The position numbers and the translations under genes are program-made. From Bacteroidales bacterium (GTDB lineage: Bacteria; Bacteroidota; Bacteroidia; Bacteroidales; UBA7960): a stretch of DNA of 47,993 bases. The stretch lies in the NCBI GenBank assembly GCA_003557965.1, contig PWND01000166.1:1-47993 (forward strand). Reading direction: 5' to 3'. Shown piece after piece: positions 9,443 to 18,746 of the stretch. Within the stretch, counting starts at the first letter, position 1; the number at the start of each line of letters is the position of its first letter. The notes beneath the pieces were generated by a model. The model was given only the letters and a program-made list of their open reading frames with translations. It was not told where the DNA came from and did no database searches.

Positions 9443-9700
9443 TTACAATATCTCAAATAATTTTTCAATTATCTCTTTTGCTTTTGCAGCACCTTTTTCA
9501 GTAATATAAAGCGACTTTGCTTTATAAGAGTAATCAATCAGTTCATCGCGTTTTAGTTCATCTAATACGCTCCAATCATACCCTTTCCAGGCCCTGGTTA
9601 TCTCTCTGTTTTCAACTACACCTTCTTCCCAGGAAGTGAGATAGGCCAATGCTAGTGTTAGTTGTCTGGCTATTTCTTGGTTGTTTTGAGTTTTGCCCAT
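9443..9700 (-). CDS. Small hypothetical protein (resembles the DUF6429 family)
   Basis: 85 aa. The LALAYLTSWEE...RAWKGYDWSVLDELKRDELI...SLYITEKG pattern is one I recognise from DUF6429-type small proteins. Function is unknown. Confidence 0.55.
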   Translation of the reverse strand: MGKTQNNQEIARQLTLALAYLTSWEEGVVENREITRAWKGYDWSVLDELKRDELIDYSYKAKSLYITEKGAAKAKEIIEKLFEIL

Positions 9701-9733
9701 TTTAATGATATTTTTAAAAACATAATAAACTAT

Positions 9734-9866
9734 ATGAACCCCTCATCTACTAAACATATATAAAAGCGCATGCGTAAACATGAGGGTTCCATCGGGATAA
9801 ATTGAATACATGAATACGCATAATACTAATATTTAATTTGATAACACTAATTTACACAGATGAAAA
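9734..9866. repeat. Right copy of the inverted repeat pair (partner at 1703..1846). Hairpin arms are at 9734-9746 and 9780-9792.
   Basis: See the left copy. It ends in ATGAAAA, which here opens a 6-codon relic ORF (9860-9880, MKMFKG*) just upstream of rlmN. Confidence 0.85.
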
Positions 9867-9886
9867 TGTTCAAAGGATAAACTTAC

Positions 9887-9894
9887 TATATTTG
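9887..9894 (+). promoter_or_regulatory. Bacteroidota-type -7 box (TATATTTG = TAnnTTTG) immediately upstream of rlmN
   Basis: Exact match to TAnnTTTG, ending 6 nt before the rlmN ATG, which would imply a leaderless or very short-leader mRNA. This is a motif match only. Confidence 0.3.
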
Positions 9895-9899
9895 CATTA

Positions 9900-10958
9900 A
9901 TGAAACAAAAAAAGCAAGATATAAAATTAATTAATCCTGAAAAATACCCTTCAATCATTAAAGGCTATGGAGAAAAGCCATTTAGGGCAAAGCAGCTAAG
10001 CCATTGGTTATGGAAAAAGCATGTATGTGACTTTGATATGATGACGAATCTGTCGGCCGGCCTCAGAAATAATTTAAAAAGAGACTATGAAATAGGTTGC
10101 ATAAAGCCCCTGTTGACAAAAAAAAGTAAAGACAGAACAATAAAAGTTGCTTTTGGCTTATTCGACAAAAACACAATAGAAGCTGTTCTGATACCATCAA
10201 ATAACCGAATAACTGCGTGTTTATCGTCACAGGCAGGATGTGCTTTGGGATGTAAGTTTTGTGCTACTGCAAAAATGGGCTTTACCCGTAACTTATATGC
10301 TTATGAAATATATGGCCAGCTTGTTGAGCTTGGGACAATAGCAGAAGAGAACTATAATTCCGGGATTAATAATGTGGTTTTAATGGGTATGGGAGAGCCT
10401 TTACTAAACTATGACGAAGTACAGGCAGCAATAGATATGATGGTTTCGGAAGAAGGAATGGGAATGTCGCCGTCAAGAATTACTCTTTCAACAGTAGGTA
10501 TCGTTGACGGGATTAAAAGAATGGCTGATAACCAGGCAGCATACAACCTGGCTGTTTCTTTACACACTGCAGACAATAAAAAAAGAGATAATCTGATTCC
10601 TGCAAATAAAAAAAATAACCTTACAGCATTAAAAAATGCAATCAAGTATTTTTATGAAAAAACAAATACCCGCATCACCTATGAATACCTTTTACTAAAA
10701 GGAGTTAACGACAGCGAGGAAGATGCTGAAAAACTTGCCGGATTTTGCAGAATAAGCCCGTGTAAGGTAAACATAATCGAGTATAATTCCGTAAAAGGAA
10801 TAAACTATGAAGCTTCGACAGGAGAATCTTTAAAAAAGTTTAAGGATATTCTTGATAGTAAAAATATGATTGTAAACATTAGGCGAAGTAAAGGGGCTGA
10901 CATTGAGGCAGCTTGCGGCCAGCTTGCAAAAGAACTTAACAAATTCAAGAAAAAATGA
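9900..10958 (+). CDS. rlmN: 23S rRNA (adenine2503-C2)/tRNA methyltransferase, radical SAM
   Basis: 352 aa with FRAKQ..W, the radical SAM motif CALGCKFCAT, MGMGEPL, and the C-terminal ACGQL catalytic Cys context. Confidence 0.93.
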   Translation: MKQKKQDIKLINPEKYPSIIKGYGEKPFRAKQLSHWLWKKHVCDFDMMTNLSAGLRNNLKRDYEIGCIKPLLTKKSKDRTIKVAFGLFDKNTIEAVLIPSNNRITACLSSQAGCALGCKFCATAKMGFTRNLYAYEIYGQLVELGTIAEENYNSGINNVVLMGMGEPLLNYDEVQAAIDMMVSEEGMGMSPSRITLSTVGIVDGIKRMADNQAAYNLAVSLHTADNKKRDNLIPANKKNNLTALKNAIKYFYEKTNTRITYEYLLLKGVNDSEEDAEKLAGFCRISPCKVNIIEYNSVKGINYEASTGESLKKFKDILDSKNMIVNIRRSKGADIEAACGQLAKELNKFKKK

Positions 10959-11506
10959 AAAGCAGAATAGCCAAGTTTATATTACATTCGCTGGGGTGGC
11001 GCATAGACTCCACAATGCCTGAAAACATAAAAAAAGCTGTAGTTATTATGGCCCCGCATACCAGCTATTATGATTTTTTATACGGTCGCCTGGCTTTTGC
11101 TGCTTATAAAGTAAAAGGCAAGTATATGATAAAAAGAGAGGTGTTTAAATTTCCTTTTGGACCTTTTGTTAAAGCTATGGGTGGAATACCTGTTGACAGG
11201 TCTAATAGCCGGAATGCTATAAAAAGCGTAAAAGAGGCCTTCGAAAAAAGAGAGGAGTTATTCTTGGTTGTTACGCCTGAAGGTACCAGAAAAAAAGTAA
11301 ATAAATGGAAAAGGGGTTTTTACTTTATTGCCCAAAGTGCTAAAGTGCCTGTTATTTTAGGCTATCTTGACTATAAAACTAAGCGCGGTGGAATAGGGCC
11401 GGTTATTTATCCTTCAGGAGACTTTGAAGCAGACTTTAAAATAATTGAAGATTTTTACCGGGGAAAAACAGCAAAGCACCCGGAAAAATTTAACCTAAGC
11501 CAGTAG
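10955..11506 (+). CDS. Lysophospholipid (1-acyl-sn-glycerol-3-phosphate) acyltransferase family protein
   Basis: 183 aa with an HX4D motif (HTSYYD), a PEGTR block, and a 4-nt ATGA overlap with rlmN. Confidence 0.75.
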   Translation: MKSRIAKFILHSLGWRIDSTMPENIKKAVVIMAPHTSYYDFLYGRLAFAAYKVKGKYMIKREVFKFPFGPFVKAMGGIPVDRSNSRNAIKSVKEAFEKREELFLVVTPEGTRKKVNKWKRGFYFIAQSAKVPVILGYLDYKTKRGGIGPVIYPSGDFEADFKIIEDFYRGKTAKHPEKFNLSQ

Positions 11507-11536
11507 TTATTCTAATTACAAAATTGAAAAAAATTG

Positions 11537-13243
11537 ATGCTAAGCAGGTTCACATACAAACCTATTTTAATAAAACATTTGGTTTTTATGTTTGCGCTAT
11601 TTGCCGGCTTAAACACTACATCTCAAACAATACCGGAACACCACTCAAACAAGGCGCTATACGACTTTATAGATGAGTTGGCAAACAGCCATATCATTGA
11701 AATCCGAAGTGTAGCAAAACCTTACCCGCGGTCATTTATTGCCCAAAAACTAAAAACAGCATATAGCCGAAAAGACGAATTAACAAACAGGCAATTATTT
11801 TTATTAAAAAGATACATAAATGAGTTTGCAATAGAACTTGATATTGAAAGACAATCTGATGTTACAATTTACAAAAAAGACACAACTCTTTTGTGGAGCC
11901 TTTTTCAACCCACTCTTGATTACAGGGATACACTTTTCAGGCTTAGCTTAAGGCCTGTGTACGGCATCAGGTATTTTACCAACGAAAACGGACAAATTCG
12001 ACACACATGGGGAGGCGTGGAAGTTAATAGCTATGTTGGTGATAACTGGTCGGTTTATGTTAGCCTTAGAGACAATCAACAGAAAGGGGCAAGGTTGGCA
12101 ACCCCTACATACTTAACTCAAGAGCTTGGAGGTGCATATAAAGGTATTACCGGTGGCGGACAGGGTGGAGAATTTAGTGAAATGAGAGGAGGTATTTCAG
12201 CTTCATGGGACTGGGGTGCAATATATTTTGAAAAAAACCATATTACCTGGGGCGACAATTACCATGGGGCGAATATTTTTTCAGGAAGAACACCGTCGTT
12301 CCCAATGATAAGGCTGCATCTGCATCCCGCAGACTGGCTCGATTTTCACTATTACCACGGGTGGTTGGTATCTATGGAAGTTGATAGTATTAGAACTTAC
12401 ATCCCGTATGATGGCTCACCTGCAAAAAAAGTTTACCATAATAAATATATTGCAGCCAATATGTACACTCTTACCCTGCTGCCCAGGCTTAATATATCAA
12501 TTGGAAATTCCACAATTTATGATAATGAAATATATCCCGGATATCTTATCCCTTTCTTCTTTTATAAATCTGTTGTGCACACACAAACCAGGGGATTAGG
12601 GCATAATCATAACTCAGCTATGTTTTTGAATGTCAGTTCCAGGCAAATCAAAAACCTGCATGTGTACGGAACATGGTTTGTAGATGAGTTCTCAATTACA
12701 AGGGTAGGCGATGATGAAAGGACCAATTTCACCAGTACGAAAGCCGGTGCCAGGCTTAGCAACTGGCCGGTTAGAAACGTGTCTTTAACAGGCGAATATA
12801 CTTTTACTTACCCAAAAACTTTTCAGCACAGAACCCCTACAACAACTTTTGAAACTAACTATTTCAACCTGGGACATTACATGAGAGATAATTCCAGGGA
12901 ACTTTTTCTTGCGCTTAATGCTCAGCCATATAAGGGATTACATATTGAATTATCATACTTAAAAGCCGAAAAGGGAAATTTGTTCCCGTATTTATACGGA
13001 GAGGGAAGGCAAGACAAAGACCCGTACATGAAGGATGTAGTATGGACTAATGAAACGATTGCCCTTAAACTCAGATACATGTTTTATAATAACTTTAGCA
13101 TATTTGTAGAATATAACAATATGAATATTCAGGGATATGATGTTGACGATAAAACAGCCGAAGAATATTTAAATATGTTTACACCGGGCTTATTTCATGG
13201 AATAACCAATACTTTTTCTTTTGGGCTGCAGTTGGGGTTTTAA
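11537..13243 (+). CDS. Predicted outer-membrane beta-barrel protein (possibly capsule-assembly Wzi-like)
   Basis: About 568 aa from the ATG at 11537 (the ORF track starts at TTG 11534). It has a signal-peptide-like N-terminus, alternating aromatic/beta-strand-like composition, and a C-terminal ...FGLQLGF ending in Phe, as in OM barrels. The family assignment is tentative. Confidence 0.5.
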   Translation: MLSRFTYKPILIKHLVFMFALFAGLNTTSQTIPEHHSNKALYDFIDELANSHIIEIRSVAKPYPRSFIAQKLKTAYSRKDELTNRQLFLLKRYINEFAIELDIERQSDVTIYKKDTTLLWSLFQPTLDYRDTLFRLSLRPVYGIRYFTNENGQIRHTWGGVEVNSYVGDNWSVYVSLRDNQQKGARLATPTYLTQELGGAYKGITGGGQGGEFSEMRGGISASWDWGAIYFEKNHITWGDNYHGANIFSGRTPSFPMIRLHLHPADWLDFHYYHGWLVSMEVDSIRTYIPYDGSPAKKVYHNKYIAANMYTLTLLPRLNISIGNSTIYDNEIYPGYLIPFFFYKSVVHTQTRGLGHNHNSAMFLNVSSRQIKNLHVYGTWFVDEFSITRVGDDERTNFTSTKAGARLSNWPVRNVSLTGEYTFTYPKTFQHRTPTTTFETNYFNLGHYMRDNSRELFLALNAQPYKGLHIELSYLKAEKGNLFPYLYGEGRQDKDPYMKDVVWTNETIALKLRYMFYNNFSIFVEYNNMNIQGYDVDDKTAEEYLNMFTPGLFHGITNTFSFGLQLGF

Positions 13244-13325
13244 ATCATATTTAAAATTTTGATTAATGTAAAAACTAATAAGCAACAAAACAGTTGCTTA
13301 GCCAATTAACAATAATACGGAAAAA

Positions 13326-13712
13326 ATGAGAAAGGCATTATTTTACATTTATATCATATTTATAATAATAATTACTGTAACTCCGCTGCAAAAGGCCGGA
13401 GTTTCAGGGATTAATAATGTATATATCAGTGAGTTCAGGCTTGATTATATTTTGCATATTATTGCATTTTTACCATGGGTATTATTATGTGAAATGTCAT
13501 GGGACATTAATAAAAAGTATAAAAAAGCACTAATCCTCTTATCCGGAATAGCTTTTGCTTCAATGTCAGAGTGGGCACATTATTTTATTCCTTACAGAGG
13601 TTATAACATTAACGACTTGATTTATAATATTGCCGGAGTGCTTGCCGGATCAGTTGCCTGGTTATTTTACAACAATGGCAAAATAGTTTTCTTCAAGAAA
13701 ACACGCCAATGA
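13326..13712 (+). CDS. VanZ-like family membrane protein
   Basis: 128 aa with four hydrophobic segments and a conserved-looking ..SEWAHYFIPYRGYNINDLIYNIAGVLAGS block. Confidence 0.6.
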   Translation: MRKALFYIYIIFIIIITVTPLQKAGVSGINNVYISEFRLDYILHIIAFLPWVLLCEMSWDINKKYKKALILLSGIAFASMSEWAHYFIPYRGYNINDLIYNIAGVLAGSVAWLFYNNGKIVFFKKTRQ

Positions 13713-13774
13713 AAACAACTTTTTTTATGATTTGCTGTAATAAAACTACGCCGGCCGGCATTAAAAATATTGTT

Positions 13775-13782
13775 TAACTTTG
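13775..13782 (+). promoter_or_regulatory. Bacteroidota-type -7 box (TAACTTTG) upstream of the wecB-like gene
   Basis: Exact TAnnTTTG match 23 nt upstream of the ATG at 13805. Confidence 0.35.
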
Positions 13783-13804
13783 TCTTATATAAAAAACAAA
13801 ATTT

Positions 13805-14914
13805 ATGTATAAAGTATTAAGCATTGCTTCTACTCCTCAAAATCTTGTTAAGCTCTCATCTATAGATAAGGCATTAAAAAAGCACCGAAAAGGCATCAAA
13901 AATATTATATGTTTTTTTGGGCCTGAAAAAGATGAAATAGATTCTTTAAACACTTTTGCTAACCTAAATCTGCCACGAACACATTGGTATATTGATTATG
14001 GAGAAGGCACTGAGGTTGAAATAACTGCAAAATCAATGCTTGAGTTTGAAAAAATTTTAAAAGAAGAAAAACCTTCCCTGGTTTTTTTGTCAGGCCATGA
14101 AGTTTCCACTTTGGCCTGCGCAATAACTGCATCTAAACTAAATATTAAACTTGCTCATATTGATGCAGGGTTGCGAAGCTTTGACAGAAGCAGCCATGAG
14201 GAAATGAACAGAATTGTTATTGATACACTGTGTGACTATCACTTTGTAAGTGAGCATAGTGGTATGAAAAACCTTAGAGATGAAGGTGAAGAGAACGACA
14301 ACATTTATTTTACAGGAAATGCCCTTGTTGACAGCTTAGATTTATACTGGGATGATATTAAAAACTCGGATATTGTAAAAAAGATCGGACTTAATTCGCT
14401 TGATTATGTTGTTGTATTTTTTCAGCATTATGAAAATCTTGGAAGCCTTGACAGAATGACAGAAATAGTAGAAAAGCTAAATCGGCTTTCAAAAAAATGT
14501 ACTGTTGTGTGGCCAATGAGCCAACTGGAAAAAAACAGCATGATTGGATTTATGCTTGATAAAAAGCTAAGTAAAAATGTTAAGGTTATTGATATGCAAC
14601 CCTATGTTGACTTTTTATCTTTACTGTATAACTCAAAGGCTGTTATGACAGATACTAGTGAGATACAGGAAGAAACAACATACCTGGGTGTACAATGCAT
14701 AACAATAATGAAATTTACTGAGCGTATTGTTACTTTGGATATTGGCACAAACCACCTTGTAGGATATGATGCAGAACGTGCTGAAAAAACAACGGAAGAT
14801 ATTTTGGGTGGAACTTTAAAACCCGGGAGAATCCCTGAAATGTGGGACGGTAAAGCCGGGAAAAGAATTGCAGATATTACAATTGCAGAAATACTAAATA
14901 TCCGGAGTGAGTAA
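13805..14914 (+). CDS. UDP-N-acetylglucosamine 2-epimerase family protein (non-hydrolysing type)
   Basis: 369 aa with HIDAGLRSFDRSSHEEMNRIVID, a TGNALVDSL block and TDTSEIQEE..YLG, comparable to WecB motifs (HVEAGLRS.D...PEE.NR; TDSGG.QEE). The N-terminal and SGG motifs are somewhat divergent. Confidence 0.75.
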   Translation: MYKVLSIASTPQNLVKLSSIDKALKKHRKGIKNIICFFGPEKDEIDSLNTFANLNLPRTHWYIDYGEGTEVEITAKSMLEFEKILKEEKPSLVFLSGHEVSTLACAITASKLNIKLAHIDAGLRSFDRSSHEEMNRIVIDTLCDYHFVSEHSGMKNLRDEGEENDNIYFTGNALVDSLDLYWDDIKNSDIVKKIGLNSLDYVVVFFQHYENLGSLDRMTEIVEKLNRLSKKCTVVWPMSQLEKNSMIGFMLDKKLSKNVKVIDMQPYVDFLSLLYNSKAVMTDTSEIQEETTYLGVQCITIMKFTERIVTLDIGTNHLVGYDAERAEKTTEDILGGTLKPGRIPEMWDGKAGKRIADITIAEILNIRSE

Positions 14915-14978
14915 AAAGTACAATTTTAAATACCATACTTTTCTGTTTTTTAAAATGCTTTAATAGTTTAAAACAAAG

Positions 14979-16133
14979 ATGAAGTTATTATCTAAAGTTA
15001 TTTTTTCAGCCTTAATAATCTGTTTATTACCAAATTTTTCAAACCCAAGCAATGCTTTTAATCTTTCCGAAGAAGCTGATTTTTATTTACTTACAGCAAC
15101 CCCGGGTGATGAACTTTATTCGGTTTTCGGACACAGTGCTATATGGGTTTATGACCAAAAAACAGGGATTGACTATGTATATAACTATGGCACTTTTGAT
15201 TTCAGAACACCAAACTTCTACCTGAAATTTATTAGAGGTAAGCTGCATTATATGCTTTCGGTTAGCAGTATTAGAGGATTTGAATTTGCATACAGGCTTG
15301 ATGGCAGAGGTGTGGTAAAACAAAAAATAAACCTTAGCTACCGGGAAAAACTACAAATCTTTGACTTTCTTGAAGATAATAAAAAACCGGAAAACAGGGA
15401 ATATCTTTATGATTTCTTTTATGATAACTGTGCCACAAGGATAAGAGATGTTTTCGATAAGTTTGTTGATATTAAATGGCATGAATATCCTTTTGATTTT
15501 GACCCAAAAACATACAGAGAGTTACTTAAAGATTATGTAATGGATATGACATGGGAAAGATTTGGTATTGATATAGCACTGGGTGTTCCTGTTGACAGAA
15601 AAGCAGATGTGTATGATTATATGTTTTTGCCTGACCACATGTATGTTGCGTTTGCAAATGCCAAAAGAAGCGATGGAGAACCACTGGTGCTTATGGAAAA
15701 AACTATAGTAGAAGAAACTTTAGAAACTCAAAAACCCGGGCTTTTTAACCCTGTTGTATTATTCTGGTTTTTGTTTTTTGTTGTTTTTTTAGCCTTGTTT
15801 TTTAAAAGAACAAGAAAATATTTTGCAAAAACATGGATTTTTATCCTTGGGCTTACAGGAATAGCTCTTTCTCCTTTGTACCTGTTTTCTGACCATGCTG
15901 CCTTTACACCCAATTTAAATCTTTTGTGGGCCTTGCCTACCCATATTTTTTTCGTGTTTAAAACCACAAAACAATGGGGACAGAAATATTTTAAATATGT
16001 ATGCTTTCTAACAATTATCTTATTAATATTTTTTCCCTGGCTGCCACAAAAATTTAATCCTGCAATTTTCCCAATTATGTTAACAACATTGTTTTGCTCA
16101 ACATATTTAGCTTATAGAAACCTTAAATCTTAA
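14979..16133 (+). CDS. DUF4105-like (Lnb N-terminal domain) protein with C-terminal transmembrane segments
   Basis: 384 aa with a signal peptide, a FGHSAIWV motif early in the protein, and 4-5 hydrophobic helices in the last ~130 aa. Confidence 0.5.
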   Translation: MKLLSKVIFSALIICLLPNFSNPSNAFNLSEEADFYLLTATPGDELYSVFGHSAIWVYDQKTGIDYVYNYGTFDFRTPNFYLKFIRGKLHYMLSVSSIRGFEFAYRLDGRGVVKQKINLSYREKLQIFDFLEDNKKPENREYLYDFFYDNCATRIRDVFDKFVDIKWHEYPFDFDPKTYRELLKDYVMDMTWERFGIDIALGVPVDRKADVYDYMFLPDHMYVAFANAKRSDGEPLVLMEKTIVEETLETQKPGLFNPVVLFWFLFFVVFLALFFKRTRKYFAKTWIFILGLTGIALSPLYLFSDHAAFTPNLNLLWALPTHIFFVFKTTKQWGQKYFKYVCFLTIILLIFFPWLPQKFNPAIFPIMLTTLFCSTYLAYRNLKS

Positions 16134-16137
16134 ATTT

Positions 16138-16782
16138 ATGATACAAATCAAAGTATTAGTTTTTAATCCTTTCCAGGTAAACACTTACATACTGTATGAT
16201 GAAACAGGAGAGTGTGCTATTATTGACCCGGCATGCTATGAAACTTTTGAAGAAGAAATGCTGCATGAGTTTATTAGCTCAAACAAACTAAAGCCGGTAC
16301 TGCACTTATATACACACTGCCATATAGACCATGTTCTTGGCACAAATTTTATATATGAGAAATATGGAATAAAACCTATGACACATATTGACAGCAAGGT
16401 GTTTATTCAAAATGCGAAAGCTCATGGAACCGGTTTTGGGTTTAATATTCAAGAGCTTGTAATGCCGGAAAAATGGATTGAAGATGAAGAAGTGCTATCC
16501 TTCGGAAAACAAAAGCTTAAAGCTATTCTTACACCCGGCCACGCCAACGGAAGCCTCTGTTATTATGATGAAAAAAATGAATTTGTTGTGTGTGGAGATG
16601 TTTTGTTTCATGGTGGCATTGGCAGAACAGATTTACCAACAGGTGATTATGAAACTTTGATTAACTCAATTAATACAAAGCTTTTAACATTGCCTGATAA
16701 TGTTGTTGTGTTTCCCGGGCATGGAGATAAATCTACAATAGGCTTTGAAAAAAGCAACAACCCATTCCTTACAGGAATGTAA
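16138..16782 (+). CDS. MBL-fold metallo-hydrolase (glyoxalase II-like)
   Basis: 214 aa with the THCHIDH metal motif, TPGHANGS, and GDVLF.GGIGRTDLP. Confidence 0.88.
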   Translation: MIQIKVLVFNPFQVNTYILYDETGECAIIDPACYETFEEEMLHEFISSNKLKPVLHLYTHCHIDHVLGTNFIYEKYGIKPMTHIDSKVFIQNAKAHGTGFGFNIQELVMPEKWIEDEEVLSFGKQKLKAILTPGHANGSLCYYDEKNEFVVCGDVLFHGGIGRTDLPTGDYETLINSINTKLLTLPDNVVVFPGHGDKSTIGFEKSNNPFLTGM

Positions 16783-16851
16783 GCATTTGATTTTAAAAAA
16801 TTTAGCGGTTTTTATAATCAAAAATAATTTTAAAAAAACAGTAGTTTTTTT

Positions 16852-16859
16852 TAACTTTG
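16852..16859 (+). promoter_or_regulatory. Bacteroidota-type -7 box (TAACTTTG) upstream of mrdA
   Basis: Exact TAnnTTTG match 41 nt upstream of the ATG at 16900. Confidence 0.35.
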
Positions 16860-16899
16860 CATGATAATATAAAACTTGCTACTTCAATAATATAGGTTA

Positions 16900-18744
16900 A
16901 TGTCAAATCAGTTTAATGTTAATGTTTTTGATTACAGAAAAAAGATAATAATTTCTGTATTTGTTTTAACGGCATTAATTTTTTTAATACAGCTATTTCA
17001 TATTCAACTGCTTGATCATAGCTATAAAGCATCCGCCAGCAGTAATATTACCCGGCATATAACAAAATATCCGGCAAGGGGTCTGATATATGACAGAAAC
17101 CAAAACCTGCTTGTTTATAATGATCCATATTATGATTTAATGGTTACGCCGGGGCAGGTTGCAAACATTGACACACTGGAGTTTTGCGAACTTCTTGGTA
17201 TAGATAAGGAAACGTTTATCCGGAGGATTACAAGTGCCAGGGAATTTGCCGTTCACTTGCCATCTGTTTTTGAAAAGCAATTATCAAATGAAGAGTATGC
17301 TGTATTAAAAGAAGTTTTGTATAAATATCCCGGATTTTTTGTTCAGCCAAGAACTTTAAGAAGATATTCAAAACCGGTAGCTGCTCATATATTTGGCTAT
17401 GTTGCTGAAGTTGACAGCGAAACAGTGCGCTTAGATCCATACTACAGGCCAAGGGATTATATAGGAATAAGTGGCCTTGAGAAGTCTTATGAAACTGTTT
17501 TGCGAGGCTCGAAAGGATTGCGAATTATTACTGTAGATGCTTTAGGGCGTGATATGGGTTCTTTTAAAGATGGCCGCTATGATGTAGCAGCTAAACCGGG
17601 CACCGACCTTTATCTTTCTCTTGATGCTGAATTACAAGAGTATGGGGAAAAGCTTATGCAAAACAAAAGAGGCAGCATTGTTGCAATTGAACCATCTACC
17701 GGCGAAATACTGGCACTGGTTACTTCTCCATCATACGACCCCAACCTTTTGGTTGGCAGAAAAAGGTCACAGAACTTCAGAAGTTTACAAAGAGATACTT
17801 TGCGCCCATTGTTTAACAGGGCTTTAATGGCACACTACCCCCCCGGCTCTGTTTTTAAAGTTATTAGCGGGCTTATTGGGTTGCATGAAGGTGTGGTTAG
17901 TACCAACAGTAAATACTCGTGCCCTGGGTTTTATCGTGCCGGCGGTATTACTGTACAATGCAGATACCACCCAAGCCCGGTTGATATTTATGGAACTATA
18001 AAGCATAGCTGCAATACTGCTTCCAGTATTATTTTCAGAAGCACCATTGAAAAACCGGGATTTAGTAACATTCAAGAGTCTTTCAACAACTGGAGAAGCC
18101 ATGTAAGCAGTTTTGGATTAGGAAAAAGATTTAACAGCGACTTACCTTATGAACTCCCCGGCATTATTGCAACTTCTGATTATTACGACAACATATATGG
18201 TACCAGGGGCTGGCGAGCCTTAACGATATTGTCTTTGGGCATTGGACAAGGAGAGATTGGAACAACACCTATTCAACTTGCAAATGTTGCGGCCTCAATT
18301 GCTAATAATGGGTACTACTATACCCCTCACATTGTTAAAGCAGTTGGAAGTATTGATAACCCTATCGAAAAACATTCTGAAAAAAACTATACAAGCATTG
18401 ATTCTACGCATTTTGCTGTTATGAAAAAAGCAATGATACAGGTTGCTGAAGAAGGAACTGCAAGGTTTTCGCGAATACCCGATATACAAGTTGCCGGGAA
18501 AACCGGAACAGTGCAAAACCCACATGGAGAAAACCATTCAGCTTATATCGCTTATGGACCTGCTGATGACCCACAGATAGCCGTTTGTGTAATTATTGAA
18601 AATGCAGGATATGGGTCAACATGGGCAGCACCCACAGCAAGCCTTATTATTGAAAAGTATTTAACTGGCGAAGTAAAAAGAACATGGCACGAAAACAGAA
18701 TTTTAAATGCTAATTTTTTGAAACCATTTCCGGAAGAGGATTAA
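16900..18744 (+). CDS. mrdA: Penicillin-binding protein 2 (elongasome transpeptidase)
   Basis: 614 aa with an N-terminal TM helix, the SxxK motif (GSVFK), KTGT, and adjacency to rodA. Confidence 0.92.
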   Translation: MSNQFNVNVFDYRKKIIISVFVLTALIFLIQLFHIQLLDHSYKASASSNITRHITKYPARGLIYDRNQNLLVYNDPYYDLMVTPGQVANIDTLEFCELLGIDKETFIRRITSAREFAVHLPSVFEKQLSNEEYAVLKEVLYKYPGFFVQPRTLRRYSKPVAAHIFGYVAEVDSETVRLDPYYRPRDYIGISGLEKSYETVLRGSKGLRIITVDALGRDMGSFKDGRYDVAAKPGTDLYLSLDAELQEYGEKLMQNKRGSIVAIEPSTGEILALVTSPSYDPNLLVGRKRSQNFRSLQRDTLRPLFNRALMAHYPPGSVFKVISGLIGLHEGVVSTNSKYSCPGFYRAGGITVQCRYHPSPVDIYGTIKHSCNTASSIIFRSTIEKPGFSNIQESFNNWRSHVSSFGLGKRFNSDLPYELPGIIATSDYYDNIYGTRGWRALTILSLGIGQGEIGTTPIQLANVAASIANNGYYYTPHIVKAVGSIDNPIEKHSEKNYTSIDSTHFAVMKKAMIQVAEEGTARFSRIPDIQVAGKTGTVQNPHGENHSAYIAYGPADDPQIAVCVIIENAGYGSTWAAPTASLIIEKYLTGEVKRTWHENRILNANFLKPFPEED

Positions 18745-18746
18745 GT

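Noticed and set aside
1703-9866. Composite transposon or integrative element interpretation of the inverted-repeat-flanked block
   Set aside because: No transposase, integrase, recombinase, tRNA attachment site or direct target-site duplication is visible. One arm overlaps the kbl start codon, which does not fit a simple terminal inverted repeat of a mobile element. I kept it as an open finding rather than a mobile-element call.
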